A model generated the notes under the pieces. That model did no database searches, was not told where the DNA came from, and worked only from the letters and a program-made list of their open reading frames with translations. Made by a program: the position numbers and the translations under genes. Of a stretch of DNA of 64,000 nt, positions 62,147 to 64,000 are shown piece by piece. The stretch is taken from NCBI GenBank assembly GCA_002633005.1, contig NMRA01000691.1, forward strand, positions 62,001 to 126,000, written 5' to 3'. How positions within the stretch are numbered: position 1 is the first letter of the stretch; each line of letters opens with the position of its first letter. Source of the DNA: Phoronis australis. Taxonomy: Eukaryota; Animalia; Phoronida.

Positions 62147-64000
62147 ATGTACATCAAGTCTATCGTGATCGATGGCTTTAAGTCTTATGCCCAGCGCACT
62201 GAAGTTTCGGGGTTTGATCCGATGTTTAACGCGATCACTGGTTTGAATGGAAGTGGCAAGTCAAATATTTTGGATTCCATTTGTTTTTTACTTGGAATTT
62301 CAAATCTGAACCAGGTAAGTAGTATGCAAAAGCGCCATTAAACCGGAACCTTATATCAAAAGTCTTGATTTAGTCGCCTGTTACACTTATAAAGTGATCT
62401 AATCTTGTTGCTCACTCGGAAGTGATTTCTGGGCTTGTGTACAGTGCCGAGATTACACGACCCAGGAACAGAAACACCTCCATAAAACCGGCAAGCATGG
62501 TAACCATTAGAATAGGCAATTGATTATCTCCTATCCTACGAAACTGGCGCACTTAGACAGTGCCACTCGTTTCTGCTGAGCAGTAGAGAGAACAGTGATG
62601 CTCCTAGGCTATAGCCTGTTTTCGAATGTTCAGTCCTTAATTTGTCCATTTGCCCAAATTGTCAACTGGCCATTTTTATAGTGATCGCACTAGGCTAGGG
62701 TATATGATGTCATATCTCCTGGCGCGAGCAATGTAAAAATGGCCAGTTGTGTTGACATTCAGTTGTGTACAGCTGGATAGCCCGGTAGGGCTACATGTGT
62801 CAGTGATAGTTAATTCATTCATTCAACTTAAGTCAGACTTGTGCCATTAGTATAGACTTTAAAATTCCTTGCTTAGAAGTTCAGTGAATGGCCCACTTGG
62901 GCGTTTTGGTTTTCTTGGAGTTTGAGTGACTGTACACAGTAGGCTACCACAATCTCTAATTGGGCCAGTTGAGACATGGTACTGTGCAAGATCACTAATT
63001 TTAATGAATCTCCTTTTTTCAGGTGCGCGCTGCCAATCTGCAAGACCTGGTGTACAAGAATGGACAGGCTGGTATTACTAAAGCTACAGTCAGTATCACA
63101 TTTGACAACACAGACAAGAAACAGAGCCCGTTGGGTTATGAACAGTATGACGAGCTAACTGTCACAAGACAGGTGAGCTAGTAACAGTAAATCTGCCTTT
63201 GAATACCACCACAGATGGTGTGTTATCTGTCTGTGTATGTCTGCCTCAAGTGAACAAGCAGAGCTGACAGCTAATATAAGATCCTCACCTTGGCGTGAGT
63301 GTTTAGCTCAGCTGTTGTTTATTTGAGGCATGCAGCTCAGCTTTTAGCTTTTGGTCTGTGATGGGCCTATTAGGCCAAGGGCTTTAATGTCAATCAACAG
63401 GCAAAATAATTTTTGGTTGAGGTAGATAGAATCAGGCTGGAGCTATACATGGAGATCATTCATTTTACTAAGAAACACCTATTCACATGATCTAGATTCA
63501 AATATATTTAACCTCACTCTGTTATTAATCATAGAAATTCCAACCTTTCTGCTATTTTTTGTTCTCAGCTGCATGCAATGACATTCCTGTCAAGGTGAGC
63601 TACAAAGTTTGACCTCTTCATCTGAATTGAATCTCATCAAATTGTTATATTGTTAATGATTTGTCTTTCCACCATTTATTCATTAAGGTGAGAAAACAAT
63701 GACAGACCTCAGTCACGGTTGTATGGTAGTCTTAATGGCAACTGATTTTGTTAGATACAGGTGGCACTCCTGAATAAATGAATTAGGAGGTGCCTTTTAG
63801 GAAAAGGTAAAAGATGCCATTAGTTTGTGACAATTTAGTGTGTGTGTCTTATTATCATGCTGAATGAATTGAATGCTTGAATCAGTGCGATCAAGCCGCT
63901 CCTGAATCCATTGATTGTCATGCACTCCCCCAACATATCTTCAGGTTGTGATTGGTGGACGCAACAAGTACCTTATCAATGGCAGTAACGCCAACAACAC
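62147..64000 (+). CDS. SMC2: Structural maintenance of chromosomes 2 (condensin), 5' part
   Basis: Exons 62147-62314 ([18 protein letters not shown]...[23 protein letters not shown], Walker A), 63023-63172 ([29 protein letters not shown]) and 63945 to window end ([13 protein letters not shown]); GT-AG introns, phase 0. Confidence 0.97.

Overview
This is AT-rich animal genomic DNA with spliceosomal introns and N gaps, probably from a marine invertebrate; the taxon cannot be determined from sequence alone. Host genes: (1) a roughly 18-exon receptor guanylate cyclase on the minus strand (41404 to 15347) whose cyclase domain lacks the conserved catalytic Asn; (2) a probably degenerate failed-axon-connections (FAX/metaxin-GST) homolog on the minus strand (about 57060 to 49802); (3) the first three coding exons of SMC2 on the plus strand (from 62147); (4) an intronless ORF of about 420 aa for a mucin-like type I membrane protein (6307 to 5045). 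The left 11 kb holds two different Penelope-like retroelements (PLEs), each rearranged into an inverted structure. One is a Naiad-like relic. The other is a Neptune-like element whose polyprotein frame contains an OTU-family cysteine protease (deubiquitinase) domain and whose pseudo-LTRs carry a variant minimal hammerhead ribozyme motif; this is the best candidate for something undescribed. Introns also contain a Kolobok-type THAP element, a gap-collapsed L1/Tx1 LINE, tRNA-derived SINEs, nested MITEs and Tc1-type excision footprints. All calls are by eye; no searches or folding programs were run.
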